A stretch of DNA of 64,000 bases, from positions 54,999 through 118,998 of the IMG/VR virus record IMGVR_UViG_3300037400_002947; one strand, 5' to 3'. Under the pieces are notes generated by a model, which was not told the origin of the DNA, ran no database searches, and worked only from the letters and a program-made list of their open reading frames with translations. Within the stretch, counting starts at the first letter, position 1; every line of letters starts with the position of its first letter. Position numbers and translations under genes: made by a program. Source of the stretch: a virus (taxonomy: Duplodnaviria > Caudoviricetes). Positions 19,055 through 27,957 of the stretch are shown here, in pieces.

Positions 19055-21476
19055 TGATATCCTCCACTGTTATATTGACATCTATTCGACGCGCCAAATC
19101 ATAGACTACGTCTACGGTTACTCCATTTCCGGCTTGTTTGTAGAGCTGCGAATCGCTGTTGACCAACTCAGCCTTTACAAAATAGTCATCGCTCCAACCC
19201 TGAAGTCTGAAACACTCTTTGGGAGTTAGTTTACGAATGGCAATGTAGCAATCATACTTTGGATACCAAATTGCACTTACAGTCTCACCATTCGGAAGCT
19301 CGACATCGATTATGTTGTGCTCTCCATCCCCATCAATACCGATTGCAACACCATGCCTGTCTATGCTTGTAAGCGTAAAAGAGCACTCGCCATCCTCTTT
19401 GAATCTGCGACCATTTTGGCGCTTAACGCTTCGCTCTGGAGTCAGAACAGGAATTACGACACGGTTCATAGTCTGGTGCGTCCTCATTCCTTCTTTGGCA
19501 GGTCCACTTGAAGAAAGACATTGGGCAACGTCCGACTCATCTCCAATTATTCCGTTTGCGAATTTTACGAGGACTGCACTCGCACCGCGATCGCCGTCCA
19601 TAGTGAAATTAGTCAGACTGTTTTTCTGGTACTGGTATTTGAGAGTACGACACGTTCCGTCGGGCATTGTATTAAACCCGACAGGAAGAGCGGTGTAGTG
19701 TTCTCGTCCGCCGCCTTGACATGTCGAGAGAGCCTCTGTAATTCCGTCCTGGGCAAATATCTGCGTATTCCTACGGTACGCTTTATGGTGACCAAGTATT
19801 TTTACTGGAACACTATTCGCTTCATTTGCTGAGCAGAGAGGAAATACTTCGCGTCCGCCTCTCGATCTAAGATGTCCGACAAGATATACGCGTTCCCTGT
19901 TTTGGGGGACGAAATATTTCGAGTTGTACATCTGCCATTCGCAGTCGTACCCTAGGTCATCCATTTCAGACAGAATGGCAAGGAAGTCAAATCCGTTATT
20001 GCTGCTAAGCATGCCTTTAACGTTTTCATACACAAGCCATTCGGGGCGATCGTCTTCGCCGATTTCTTTAAGGATGCGAAAGACTTCTCGGACAAGAGAG
20101 CTTCGATTTCCTTCGAGACCTGCTCGCTTTCCGGCGACGCTAAAATCCTGGCAATTGTGCGCTGCAAGTCCGTTTGCCGTGTAGCTGTGGTCATCCTCAA
20201 CCTCCATGTTGTAAACAATTTCTTTCTCTTTTGGGTGGTAATCAATTTGTTTTAATGGCATCCAAAGATTTCCATCAACAATATATCCATTATTCTGCTT
20301 TTTAATTTCCTTATGGAATTGCAAACAGTACTGATCTTTCTGATTTACCAGTCGCCCTTCAATAATATGCTGATCTTTTGTTTTATAATGATGAATGGAA
20401 AACGGAGTGGCGTATGCCTTAAGCACGCATTGTCCCATTTGATAAATTAAGCCTTCGCTAACGCTCTGAGCCTTGAAGTATCCGTCCTTTTCGCATCCAT
20501 CGCCACTCATGTATCCATCAATAAACACGGTTAGTTTTTCCGGAGGCAAATCCATAACGAACTGAGGAATGCGTTTATTTTCTGCGCCCCTTCCACATTC
20601 CGAGCAAAGACCAAAGAGCCGTTTATCCGTTGTGGTATATTTCAAACATGTTCCCGCACTGCTGTCGACGGCAAAGCTGTACGTCTCAATGTGCTTATTG
20701 AATTCTGTACTCTTGTCAGAACCAATACAAAATGCGGTTCTTCGTGCAAGCGTATTCCTGTCTTTGCGCTCATATTCCTGGAGATAACCATCGGCAACAA
20801 ATCTTCCAAGAAACCAACACTCTTCGTCGGTAAGATTCATTGCATTACAAGAATTCTCGTTATGCGGGAACATGATATATTCGTCTCCAGAGAAATCTTC
20901 GACTGCCTTCCATTCTGGGGATGTCCATATAACGTCGTAATTTCTTGTAGCACTATTAAACTTCCTTTTCTTATAGCGCACGTAAAACCTATGGTTTCCG
21001 GTTACTTTTGTGCTCGGAGAACCTTGAACCTTAATCGTGTACAGGTTGCCTTTGTAGTTGATCATCTTCTCGGTGACCCGCTTAAACCTATTTGTATGAG
21101 TAAGAACAAAATCACCAACACAAATATCTTCAATGGGTACAAGACCGCGGTGTGTAGAAACTAAAGTGCCAGCAACAAAGCAAGGCGCTCCGAAGCACCA
21201 GCAGTCCGCTTTCGGGATAGTGTCTCCGGTAATGCTCCGGACGTCGTCGCAGTACCATTCTCCGTTTCGGTATTTCTCATTCAGTATCTCCTTGACTCTT
21301 TTATTTTTAGGAAGCGACGCAATATATGAGAGCTGATCATCAGAACATAGGTGCATCGCCGTATATGACGCCGTCGCATATTTGTCAAACTCGCAGAAGC
21401 CGACGCACTCGTGTCCGGCCATCTCCATGCCGCGCCTAAAGCCGCCAATTCCGGCAAATAGGTCTATAAATTTCAT
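19047..21476 (-). CDS. dcm: DNA (cytosine-5) methyltransferase, intein-containing, probably multispecific
   Basis: DLFAGIGG, GAP|CQDFS split by the intein, ENVKG, QNRERVY, RKLTPKEC, QAGNGV. Confidence 0.93.
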   Translation of the reverse strand: MKFIDLFAGIGGFRRGMEMAGHECVGFCEFDKYATASYTAMHLCSDDQLSYIASLPKNKRVKEILNEKYRNGEWYCDDVRSITGDTIPKADCWCFGAPCFVAGTLVSTHRGLVPIEDICVGDFVLTHTNRFKRVTEKMINYKGNLYTIKVQGSPSTKVTGNHRFYVRYKKRKFNSATRNYDVIWTSPEWKAVEDFSGDEYIMFPHNENSCNAMNLTDEECWFLGRFVADGYLQEYERKDRNTLARRTAFCIGSDKSTEFNKHIETYSFAVDSSAGTCLKYTTTDKRLFGLCSECGRGAENKRIPQFVMDLPPEKLTVFIDGYMSGDGCEKDGYFKAQSVSEGLIYQMGQCVLKAYATPFSIHHYKTKDQHIIEGRLVNQKDQYCLQFHKEIKKQNNGYIVDGNLWMPLKQIDYHPKEKEIVYNMEVEDDHSYTANGLAAHNCQDFSVAGKRAGLEGNRSSLVREVFRILKEIGEDDRPEWLVYENVKGMLSSNNGFDFLAILSEMDDLGYDCEWQMYNSKYFVPQNRERVYLVGHLRSRGGREVFPLCSANEANSVPVKILGHHKAYRRNTQIFAQDGITEALSTCQGGGREHYTALPVGFNTMPDGTCRTLKYQYQKNSLTNFTMDGDRGASAVLVKFANGIIGDESDVAQCLSSSGPAKEGMRTHQTMNRVVIPVLTPERSVKRQNGRRFKEDGECSFTLTSIDRHGVAIGIDGDGEHNIIDVELPNGETVSAIWYPKYDCYIAIRKLTPKECFRLQGWSDDYFVKAELVNSDSQLYKQAGNGVTVDVVYDLARRIDVNITVEDINE
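20154..21182 (-). mobile_element. Intein (343 aa) with LAGLIDADG homing endonuclease
   Basis: Starts CFVAGTLV, ends YTANGLAAHN followed by Cys; LAGLIDADG-like FLGRFVADG and FIDGYMSGDG. Confidence 0.92.
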
Positions 21477-21715
21477 TCGTTCTCCATACTCTCCTGATTA
21501 AATCCGTAGCGCTTTTCAAGCTTCAGCCGCTCGTACGCATCGATCAGCTTGGTCGCCTGCTCCGCGCGCATCGTCGCCTCGCAGTACTGACAGCGCATGC
21601 ATTTCGAAAAATCCTTCTCCTTACATCTTAAGAACCAGATCGCAGCGGTCGGGTCGTAGCATCTGTAGTTGATGGTAAACCCAGATCTGGTGATAGTTCC
21701 TCCGCCCCGGCTCAT
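21473..21715 (-). CDS. Hypothetical Cys-containing protein
   Basis: 80 aa, coupled to both neighbours. Confidence 0.6.
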   Translation of the reverse strand: MSRGGGTITRSGFTINYRCYDPTAAIWFLRCKEKDFSKCMRCQYCEATMRAEQATKLIDAYERLKLEKRYGFNQESMENE

Positions 21716-22188
21716 CGGCCGTTCCTCCTAACTATGTATACTCGCTGAGGAACCCGCTCGGCAAACGCCAGAATGAGCGGCTCGACGGCACTCCAGTCGC
21801 CCCCGGCCAGTCCGCACCCCATTCCGTACGGGAATGCGACGACCTTCGAATGCTCAAGATTCTCGACGCAGAATTCGGCGAAAGCGTCGAGACACTTTTG
21901 AAGCTGTCGATAATTCGTATGGATTGCACCGCGACCAAAGCCGTACTGGGCGTACATGTTCACACACGTTCTGCCGTCACCTGTCTTGATGCAGCGGATC
22001 GTGCCGTACAGCTCGTCGGCTCCAAGAAGGCGGTACAGCCTGCGGTCGGTGTTCGCAACCTCCGGATATTTCTTTGCAATCTGTTTCGCCAGTCCGGCGC
22101 CCATCGTGCCGAAGCAGTTGGTCTGATGACAGAAGACGTCGAACCGGTTGTCTTTAACCAAATCGCCGTAAATATATTCAGCCTTCAC
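21712..22188 (-). CDS. Macro-domain protein (ADP-ribose hydrolase-like)
   Basis: GDL, HQTNCFGTMGAGLAKQI, FPYGMGCGLAGGDW. Confidence 0.88.
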   Translation of the reverse strand: MKAEYIYGDLVKDNRFDVFCHQTNCFGTMGAGLAKQIAKKYPEVANTDRRLYRLLGADELYGTIRCIKTGDGRTCVNMYAQYGFGRGAIHTNYRQLQKCLDAFAEFCVENLEHSKVVAFPYGMGCGLAGGDWSAVEPLILAFAERVPQRVYIVRRNGR

Positions 22189-22445
22189 CGCTTAACTCCT
22201 TTCATCCGCTCGCGAAGCTTCTCGCGCTGCTCGTCCGAAATCTTCCGCGGCGCTGAAATCTTTATATATGAGAGAGGGATGGTTGCAAAGACCGAGCCGT
22301 CCTCGTTATTAGTTAAGGTAACTTCTGCCGGATTTGCTTTGGCTAGCCTTCGCAGCCTGTTGATCCATTTCGTCTGCGAGACGGTTGCTGCGGCGCTGTC
22401 AGATCCGGTAATCCACTCAATTGCGTTTTCCTGACTTCGCTCCAT
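22185..22445 (-). CDS. Hypothetical protein, first gene of the leftward operon
   Basis: 86 aa, AAAGGAG RBS downstream of the promoter. Confidence 0.75.
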   Translation of the reverse strand: MERSQENAIEWITGSDSAAATVSQTKWINRLRRLAKANPAEVTLTNNEDGSVFATIPLSYIKISAPRKISDEQREKLRERMKGVKR

Positions 22446-22467
22446 ACAAATTCTCCTTTCTGAAACC

Positions 22468-22495
22468 AGTATACCAATAACAGTTATATTGTCAA
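22468..22495 (-). promoter_or_regulatory. Leftward sigma-A promoter overlapping the AATATAAC motif
   Basis: TTGACA-ATATAACTGTTATTGG-TATACT (16-bp spacer, extended TG). Confidence 0.8.
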
Positions 22496-22527
22496 GCGGC
22501 GGAGAAGCCGGGATGGGGGAGAGGAGA

Positions 22528-22875
22528 ATCTACTATTATATTATATAAATAATATATAGTAGTAATATTATATATAATAATATATTGAAGCCAGATAATT
22601 ATTAATAGAAGCCTATTAATATATTGAAGCTATATATTATATATAATAAATAGAAGCCAAATAGAAATTATATATGGAAGCCATATTGTAATATGTATTA
22701 ATACAATATTGCAGTATGGCTTTAATACTATTTTTATATATTGTATTAATACTATTATTCAGTATTGTTTTAATACAATACCGTTATATGTATTTATATC
22801 TATTAGAAAAGTATTTTATATTCAACATATTGTAGTTATATCTATATTGCTTACTACCATATAAAATACTTTTCG
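22528..22875. repeat. Extremely AT-rich tract with GAAGC(C) repeats and palindromes; candidate replication origin
   Basis: GAAGC at 22587, 22608, 22626, 22653, 22677; repeated palindromes TATTATATATAATA and GTATTAATAC; lies at the divergence point of the two arms. Confidence 0.55.
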
Positions 22876-23194
22876 TTTTGCCGATCTGATTTATCCCTCT
22901 GGCATTCAAATTTAATGATCAACTGTACTGAGTGTGATAGTACAGTATGACACGCGAAAATCAGGAATGATTACTGAGTTGTAATAATTATTGCAGTGTC
23001 GATGTGCCGGGGGAAGGAAGAATTTGAAGTCAGTGTGGGTGTGGAACACCCGTATGGTGGGGCAGAAAAAATGCCGACTTTTTAGGTTTAAAATACCCCC
23101 AAACTTTAGCACTTTAAAGTGCGCTTAAAGCCGCATAGATACTGGCAAAAATGAACATTTTTGACATTATTTCCAGCATATGTTTTTATATAAT

Positions 23195-23510
23195 TGTCCA
23201 AAGGGACAGGCGAACAGGAAACGGTCAGACCGCCCTGCTCGGAATATATCGAAGCGGAAACAGTCCGACTGCCCGTTTCACCTCTACCCGTCAACCAGTC
23301 ACCGTAGCACGCTACGAGTATGTCCTTTGACAGTCGAATAAAAGGTGGCACACGACCGGAAAAGTGCGCTCATTTTGCGGGATTTTTACGCAATGAGTCT
23401 GTGTAAACCTATGGCGGAAGTTCAGGAGAGTTCAGGGTAACCATAGTCTGTGAAGGGTGAAGTATGCGATGACCGCAGAATAATGACGGTGCAATTCCGT
23501 CCACGAGCCG
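23195..23510 (+). ncRNA. Structured non-coding leader upstream of the ribozyme
   Basis: Helices TGTCCAAAGGGACA/TGTCCTTTGACA, GAAACGG/CCGTTTC, CGTAGC/GCTACG, CTCATT/AATGAG, CTATGG/CCATAG and a T-loop hairpin GACGG-TGCAATT-CCGTC. Confidence 0.55.
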
Positions 23511-23514
23511 ATAG

Positions 23515-23569
23515 ATGCTAATGCTACCATTATGACGGTGACAAGTCCGTGTAAAAGCAGAGTCAGCAC
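23515..23569 (+). ncRNA. Twister self-cleaving ribozyme (P1 type)
   Basis: TGC-TAA-TGCT-ACC-attatg-ACGG-T-GAC-AAGT-CCGT-gtaaa-AGCA-GA-GTC-A-GCA: P1, P2, P4 and both pseudoknots (GAC/GTC, AC/GT) can pair. Confidence 0.85.
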
Positions 23570-23611
23570 AAAAATCATGTATCGCCCAAAATGGGCAGAA
23601 AGGGGGACATT

Positions 23612-24232
23612 ATGTCCAAAAACGCTAACATGAAATCCGCAGACCGTACCATGAACGAGAGAGTCAGCGAGTACGCTACCGTACGACTCAGCGACATCAC
23701 GGACAAAACGCGCCACAAGGCCGCCGTCGAAGCAATCGAGAACTCTATCAGAGGTCTCGAAAACTGCAAGGGTTCTGTGCTGTCGTCTGACGACATCGAC
23801 CTTGCCATTGCTGCGAAACGTGACGAACTTGTCAAACTTGAAGAGGACTACAAGGAAGCGCTCAAAAAGCGTGAGCGCTTTGTCTACACCAAGGAAGACA
23901 TCGAACTGTACAATGCGTACAAGAACAATGAGAATCTGGAGACCGCCCTGTATAATTGGGCAATGGCATGGAATCTCGATTTGTCTGGCACGAAACAGTT
24001 GAGCCAAATGGCAGTAGATGTCTCTGGCAAACAGGGCAAGGCGTCTGCCCGTACCATGATTAACACCGGATTCGGCACAATGACCAGAGACCGCAGTAAG
24101 CAGAACTTCTTAGACCTCGTATACGGTCTCATGACCGAGGCGTGCGTCAAGCAGGGTCTCAAAATGGACATTCCGGACGACATTCGTGTAGCTTATGCGC
24201 CGAAAAGGGCACAGAAAAAGGCTGACAAATAA
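23612..24232 (+). CDS. Hypothetical early protein, first rightward gene
   Basis: ATG 23612 after AAAGGGGG; followed by two hairpins. Confidence 0.75.
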   Translation: MSKNANMKSADRTMNERVSEYATVRLSDITDKTRHKAAVEAIENSIRGLENCKGSVLSSDDIDLAIAAKRDELVKLEEDYKEALKKRERFVYTKEDIELYNAYKNNENLETALYNWAMAWNLDLSGTKQLSQMAVDVSGKQGKASARTMINTGFGTMTRDRSKQNFLDLVYGLMTEACVKQGLKMDIPDDIRVAYAPKRAQKKADK

Positions 24233-24298
24233 TATCAGCCTTTCCGCATAGCATAGCGCATAGATTGGGGCGACAAGTGGCAGCTTGTCGCTCTTATT
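24217..24298 (+). terminator. Tandem hairpins/terminator after the first early gene
   Basis: AAAGGCTGA/TCAGCCTTT and GGGCGACAAG/CTTGTCGCTC-TTATT. Confidence 0.65.
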
Positions 24299-24337
24299 GT
24301 ATGCACTATCATTATATCACTACGAAAGGAGTATGCA

Positions 24338-24742
24338 ATGAGTAGAGGATGGTGTGCGGAAAAAATCCGCAAAGTCAAGATGTACGATGCGCAAATTGCC
24401 CGTCGTCAGGCAGATTCTGAGGTGTGGTGGGATCACGTCGAGGGTCGCAAAATCTTTCCGATGACCGCATCGTCGGAAGAGGAGTACGATGCGTTTCAAG
24501 AGGCACATCCGTTCACATCGCACGACAAGTGGGCCGTAACCGTAATGACTAAAGCCGGTGTGCATGTCAATATTGCGCCAAAACAGCGCAAGAAGCACGT
24601 TGGCTTGAGGTTTCCCGTATACTTCGACAACGGCTGCAGAGTGCTCTTTGACAACGTCGACGCCGCTCTTGAACGGCTGTGCTGCGACGAGCACGCCGTC
24701 AAAATGTGGGACGGCACAACCAAGACATATCTGACGAAATAA
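24338..24742 (+). CDS. Hypothetical protein
   Basis: 134 aa, AAAGGAG RBS. Confidence 0.7.
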   Translation: MSRGWCAEKIRKVKMYDAQIARRQADSEVWWDHVEGRKIFPMTASSEEEYDAFQEAHPFTSHDKWAVTVMTKAGVHVNIAPKQRKKHVGLRFPVYFDNGCRVLFDNVDAALERLCCDEHAVKMWDGTTKTYLTK

Positions 24743-24770
24743 GCACAGATTCGAGAGGGGGAGTATAACT

Positions 24771-24938
24771 ATGAAGCGCTTCATCTTAAAGACGCTGAAC
24801 TGGACCGCTGGCATAACGCTTGCGATTTGCGCATGTAGCATGGACTCTGAGGATTTGCGTCCGTTTGCAATTGCCGCCGTAATTTCGGTCGCATGGCTTG
24901 CGCTGTCGTACTACGCCAACTACGGTCGCAGAGAATGA
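24771..24938 (+). CDS. Small membrane protein (55 aa, not in ORF track)
   Basis: GGGGAG RBS; two hydrophobic stretches. Confidence 0.6.
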   Translation: MKRFILKTLNWTAGITLAICACSMDSEDLRPFAIAAVISVAWLALSYYANYGRRE

Positions 24939-24961
24939 CAATATAACATACGAGGTGCGAT

Positions 24962-25192
24962 ATGACTGCGACTATTCTTGCTGTGGCTATGTTTATGCTG
25001 TTTGCAAAGCCTGCATCCGTTGTCGAGGTGAACGCTCTCACAGATACTGTTGTTTATGAGGATTCGTGCGGACATATGTTCGCAACCACATATAACGGCA
25101 CGTCTGTGGGCGATGACGCTGTACTTCTTATGAACGGGAACTGCACAGTATCACCAAACGACGACATCATTCTAGGTATTAAAGTTAGGTAA
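24962..25192 (+). CDS. Small exported/membrane-anchored protein
   Basis: Hydrophobic N-terminus; GAGGTG RBS. Confidence 0.6.
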   Translation: MTATILAVAMFMLFAKPASVVEVNALTDTVVYEDSCGHMFATTYNGTSVGDDAVLLMNGNCTVSPNDDIILGIKVR

Positions 25193-25198
25193 GCAAAA

Positions 25199-25417
25199 AT
25201 GAACGATGAGCATATTCTGATTCGTCCGTGCGTAAACGGACTACAAATCTACCATGAGCGAAACCGCGAATGGTATCTCATCCAGAAGGGAAACCTTCTC
25301 CCGTATATTGAGCACGAAGAGTTCGACCCGTTCTGGCATGTCTACGTGAAGGTAAGGGAGTATCTCCGCGAAAATCAGATCAACGCATATGACAAAGCGG
25401 TAAAAATCTTTAAATAG
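25199..25417 (+). CDS. Hypothetical protein
   Basis: 72 aa within the operon. Confidence 0.55.
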   Translation: MNDEHILIRPCVNGLQIYHERNREWYLIQKGNLLPYIEHEEFDPFWHVYVKVREYLRENQINAYDKAVKIFK

Positions 25418-25420
25418 TGC

Positions 25421-25449
25421 TTTACAATATAACTGCAAACATCTACAAT
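25421..25449 (+). promoter_or_regulatory. Sigma-A promoter overlapping the AATATAAC motif
   Basis: TTTACA-17 bp-TACAAT; the spacer begins ATATAACTG as in the promoters at 22495 and 63351. Confidence 0.6.
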
Positions 25450-25468
25450 AAGAAAGGAAACGAAAACC

Positions 25469-25633
25469 ATGATTCGAATCGAAATCACGCCTTGCGACGT
25501 CGGCGAATACAAGTTCCGCGCCGCCAAGGCAAAGCTGTTTCACAACGGAAACTGGTATCACGTCGGTTTCCCGAAGTTCTTCGCAACGCTTGCGGAAGCT
25601 CTGGCGTACTCTCGAAGTGCGTCCAAGGCATGA
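25469..25633 (+). CDS. Small hypothetical protein (54 aa, not in ORF track)
   Basis: AGAAAGGA RBS; MIRIEITPCDV... Confidence 0.55.
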   Translation: MIRIEITPCDVGEYKFRAAKAKLFHNGNWYHVGFPKFFATLAEALAYSRSASKA

Positions 25634-25728
25634 CAATATAACGGATTCTTGCCAGACCACGCTCATAAGCGAAACGGTTTGTGGGTGTGAGTGTAGCAAT
25701 AATTGCTTCTAAGCGAAAGGAGACCACT

Positions 25729-25875
25729 ATGAGCGAAATGATCAAAATGTATAACTATGTCTGCGAAATGCGCGACGAGAACGCCGCACAGGCAACGGAA
25801 CAGCAGAAGGCTGCATACTACATGTATGCGCTCCTTGCGAGAGCATACGCAAGGGAAATCGAGGCGATGGCGTAA
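25729..25875 (+). CDS. Small hypothetical protein
   Basis: AAAGGAG RBS; MSEMIKMYNY... Confidence 0.6.
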   Translation: MSEMIKMYNYVCEMRDENAAQATEQQKAAYYMYALLARAYAREIEAMA

Positions 25876-25888
25876 GCGAAGGGAGCTG

Positions 25889-26371
25889 ATGCAAATGAAA
25901 ATAAACATGTACCGCTCATGCCTTGAGCGGAACGGCTATGTCTCTGTCGTAGCCGAAAAGGGAAAGCAGTACGTTTGCGACGGGCGGAAGCAGTTCAGCA
26001 ACCCGGAGATCATAGCAAACTTCTGCCGAACGCAACTGAAAATTGACGAGTGCGCCGAGGAGCACGTTTTCGTGTTCGCGCTCAACAACCGAAACCATCT
26101 GATGGGTGTGTTCGAAGCGTCGATAGGAACCGCGGACGGAAGCATAGTCCCCGTAAGGGAGATCCTGCGCAACCTGCTTGCGCTCAACGCTGTGCGGTTT
26201 GCCTTGGTTCACAATCATCCTACAGGATATCCGTTTCCGTCTGGCGATGACGTCGCTGTAACGGAACGGCTGAAGCGGGCAGGAGAGGATGTCGGTGTCG
26301 GAATCCTCGACCACGTAATTATAGGAAATTACGGAAACTATTACAGTTTCCAGGAAGAAGGGGTGATGTAA
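25889..26371 (+). CDS. radC: RadC-like JAB-domain protein
   Basis: EEHVFV, HNHPTG...PSGDD, ILDHVIIG. Confidence 0.85.
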   Translation: MQMKINMYRSCLERNGYVSVVAEKGKQYVCDGRKQFSNPEIIANFCRTQLKIDECAEEHVFVFALNNRNHLMGVFEASIGTADGSIVPVREILRNLLALNAVRFALVHNHPTGYPFPSGDDVAVTERLKRAGEDVGVGILDHVIIGNYGNYYSFQEEGVM

Positions 26372-26599
26372 ATGACCGACGAAAGGGCGGTGCGCTACGC
26401 AGAACAGCACGGCATCATCGAGTACCATCTGGAAGAAGGGAAGATGATTTTCTACACTTCCTTCCCGATGGAGCACATGACATACAAGGCAACGGTTGAT
26501 TTAAATCAACTGACGGAAACAAGAGAACCGCTTGACAGATACTACGTCGCATACGTAGACCTCGTCGAAGGCAAATATGCAGCCAACTATATGGCGTAA
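26372..26599 (+). CDS. Hypothetical protein
   Basis: 75 aa abutting radC. Confidence 0.6.
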   Translation: MTDERAVRYAEQHGIIEYHLEEGKMIFYTSFPMEHMTYKATVDLNQLTETREPLDRYYVAYVDLVEGKYAANYMA

Positions 26600-26625
26600 T
26601 CACAGGATAAAAAGGAAACGATACT

Positions 26626-27915
26626 ATGACAAATGAACTTCTGAAACAGCTTGCGCTTGAAGCGCGCGAACTCACCGGAGAGGCAACAAAGACGGCCGCA
26701 ACGCCAAAGGCAAAGCCGAGCGTCGAATTCACAATCACGCTCGCCGAGTATCCTGACCTCATCGTCACTCGCAAACAGCCGAAGGTAACGAAGCACCTCG
26801 TAATCCTGTTCACTGCCGGAACTGCGTTCATCAAAACGGAAAGCACAGGTAAATCTGTCCTACTTACGCCACAGAACTATGCGGCCTTTGTATCTGGCAT
26901 GGATGATCTCGCCCTTCCGGACGGTTACTGGACGGCGAGATTGAAGAAGGGAAAGGCTTTCGGCGAACTCCTGTGCGACGCAATAGGCGACAAAGTGGTC
27001 TGCGAAGCGGCAAAGCGTGGTTACCTGAATGAGTTCGGCTGCATCGACACGTACGTTGGGGGAAATCTATATAGTGTGTTTAAGCATATCCCGAAACTCC
27101 TTGAGGAGTTCCATGACAAACCGAAATGCATGGCACTTATGAAGAATAACTGGATTTTCTGCGCCGACATTGTTCACCGCTTCGGCATTCAGAACGCAAG
27201 GGACTTCATGAACAGCTTCGAGGAATCGCTTCTTGTGCCACCCGAAAATCGTTGGAACGCATTGGAGCGCGACGCAATAAACTTCGGCGAAAACGCCGTG
27301 ATTGCCTACAACGGAAACAAGAACAGAGACAGCTGGAGAGAGCAGTACTCTGCGATTCCGGCATACAAGATGACGTACGACTCTTTTAAGAACTACGTAC
27401 TTTATTCCTCTGTGCGATTTGGCTACGGAGACAGCATGAAGAGCTTCTTCCGTGAGTGGGAAGATACCCTGTATATGCAGAATCAGATTTACGGCAAGGT
27501 AAAGGAAAAGTATCCGGATAACCTGCCGACATACCACAATCAGCTTGCGTATAAGGCACGGCTGATGCGTGAAGAGATTGACGAACGCAACTTTGCGAAG
27601 CAGGTCGAGGTCGCAAAGGCATACGAGGGAAGCGTCGGCGACTACGTATTCCTTGCGCCGAAACAGAAGCAGGATTTCTACGACGAAGCGACCGCTCAGG
27701 CGAACTGCCTTGCAAGCTACATCAGGTCCTTCACGGACGGCAGATGTATCATCCTGTTCATGCGCAGAACAAGTGAACCGGAACGCTCATACATCACCAT
27801 CGAGGTTTCGAACGGAATCGTCCGGCAGGCGAAGCTCGCCTTTAACAAGAATCCGGATCGGGCCACAAGAGAACTCATTGACGCTTATGTTGCGATGAAA
27901 GCCGCAGAAGCATAA
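26626..27915 (+). CDS. PcfJ-like domain protein
   Basis: C-terminal KYPDNL..YH, EATAQANCLASY, ILFMRR..P...YITIEV. Confidence 0.7.
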   Translation: MTNELLKQLALEARELTGEATKTAATPKAKPSVEFTITLAEYPDLIVTRKQPKVTKHLVILFTAGTAFIKTESTGKSVLLTPQNYAAFVSGMDDLALPDGYWTARLKKGKAFGELLCDAIGDKVVCEAAKRGYLNEFGCIDTYVGGNLYSVFKHIPKLLEEFHDKPKCMALMKNNWIFCADIVHRFGIQNARDFMNSFEESLLVPPENRWNALERDAINFGENAVIAYNGNKNRDSWREQYSAIPAYKMTYDSFKNYVLYSSVRFGYGDSMKSFFREWEDTLYMQNQIYGKVKEKYPDNLPTYHNQLAYKARLMREEIDERNFAKQVEVAKAYEGSVGDYVFLAPKQKQDFYDEATAQANCLASYIRSFTDGRCIILFMRRTSEPERSYITIEVSNGIVRQAKLAFNKNPDRATRELIDAYVAMKAAEA

Positions 27916-27957
27916 GCAGAGCATAACAATATAACATATAAAGAAAGGAAAACAACC

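Noticed and set aside
22528-22875. CRISPR array
   Set aside because: Repeat units are short and irregular, the intervening DNA is low complexity, and the only Cas4-like gene is a replication-linked nuclease.
23106-23130. CIRCE element (TTAGCACT...)
   Set aside because: Lacks the 9-bp spacer and the GAGTGCTAA half; it is a simple palindrome.
23161-23194. TTGACA...TATAAT as a canonical promoter for the rightward leader
   Set aside because: The spacer is 22 bp; the -10 box may be real but the pair is not canonical.
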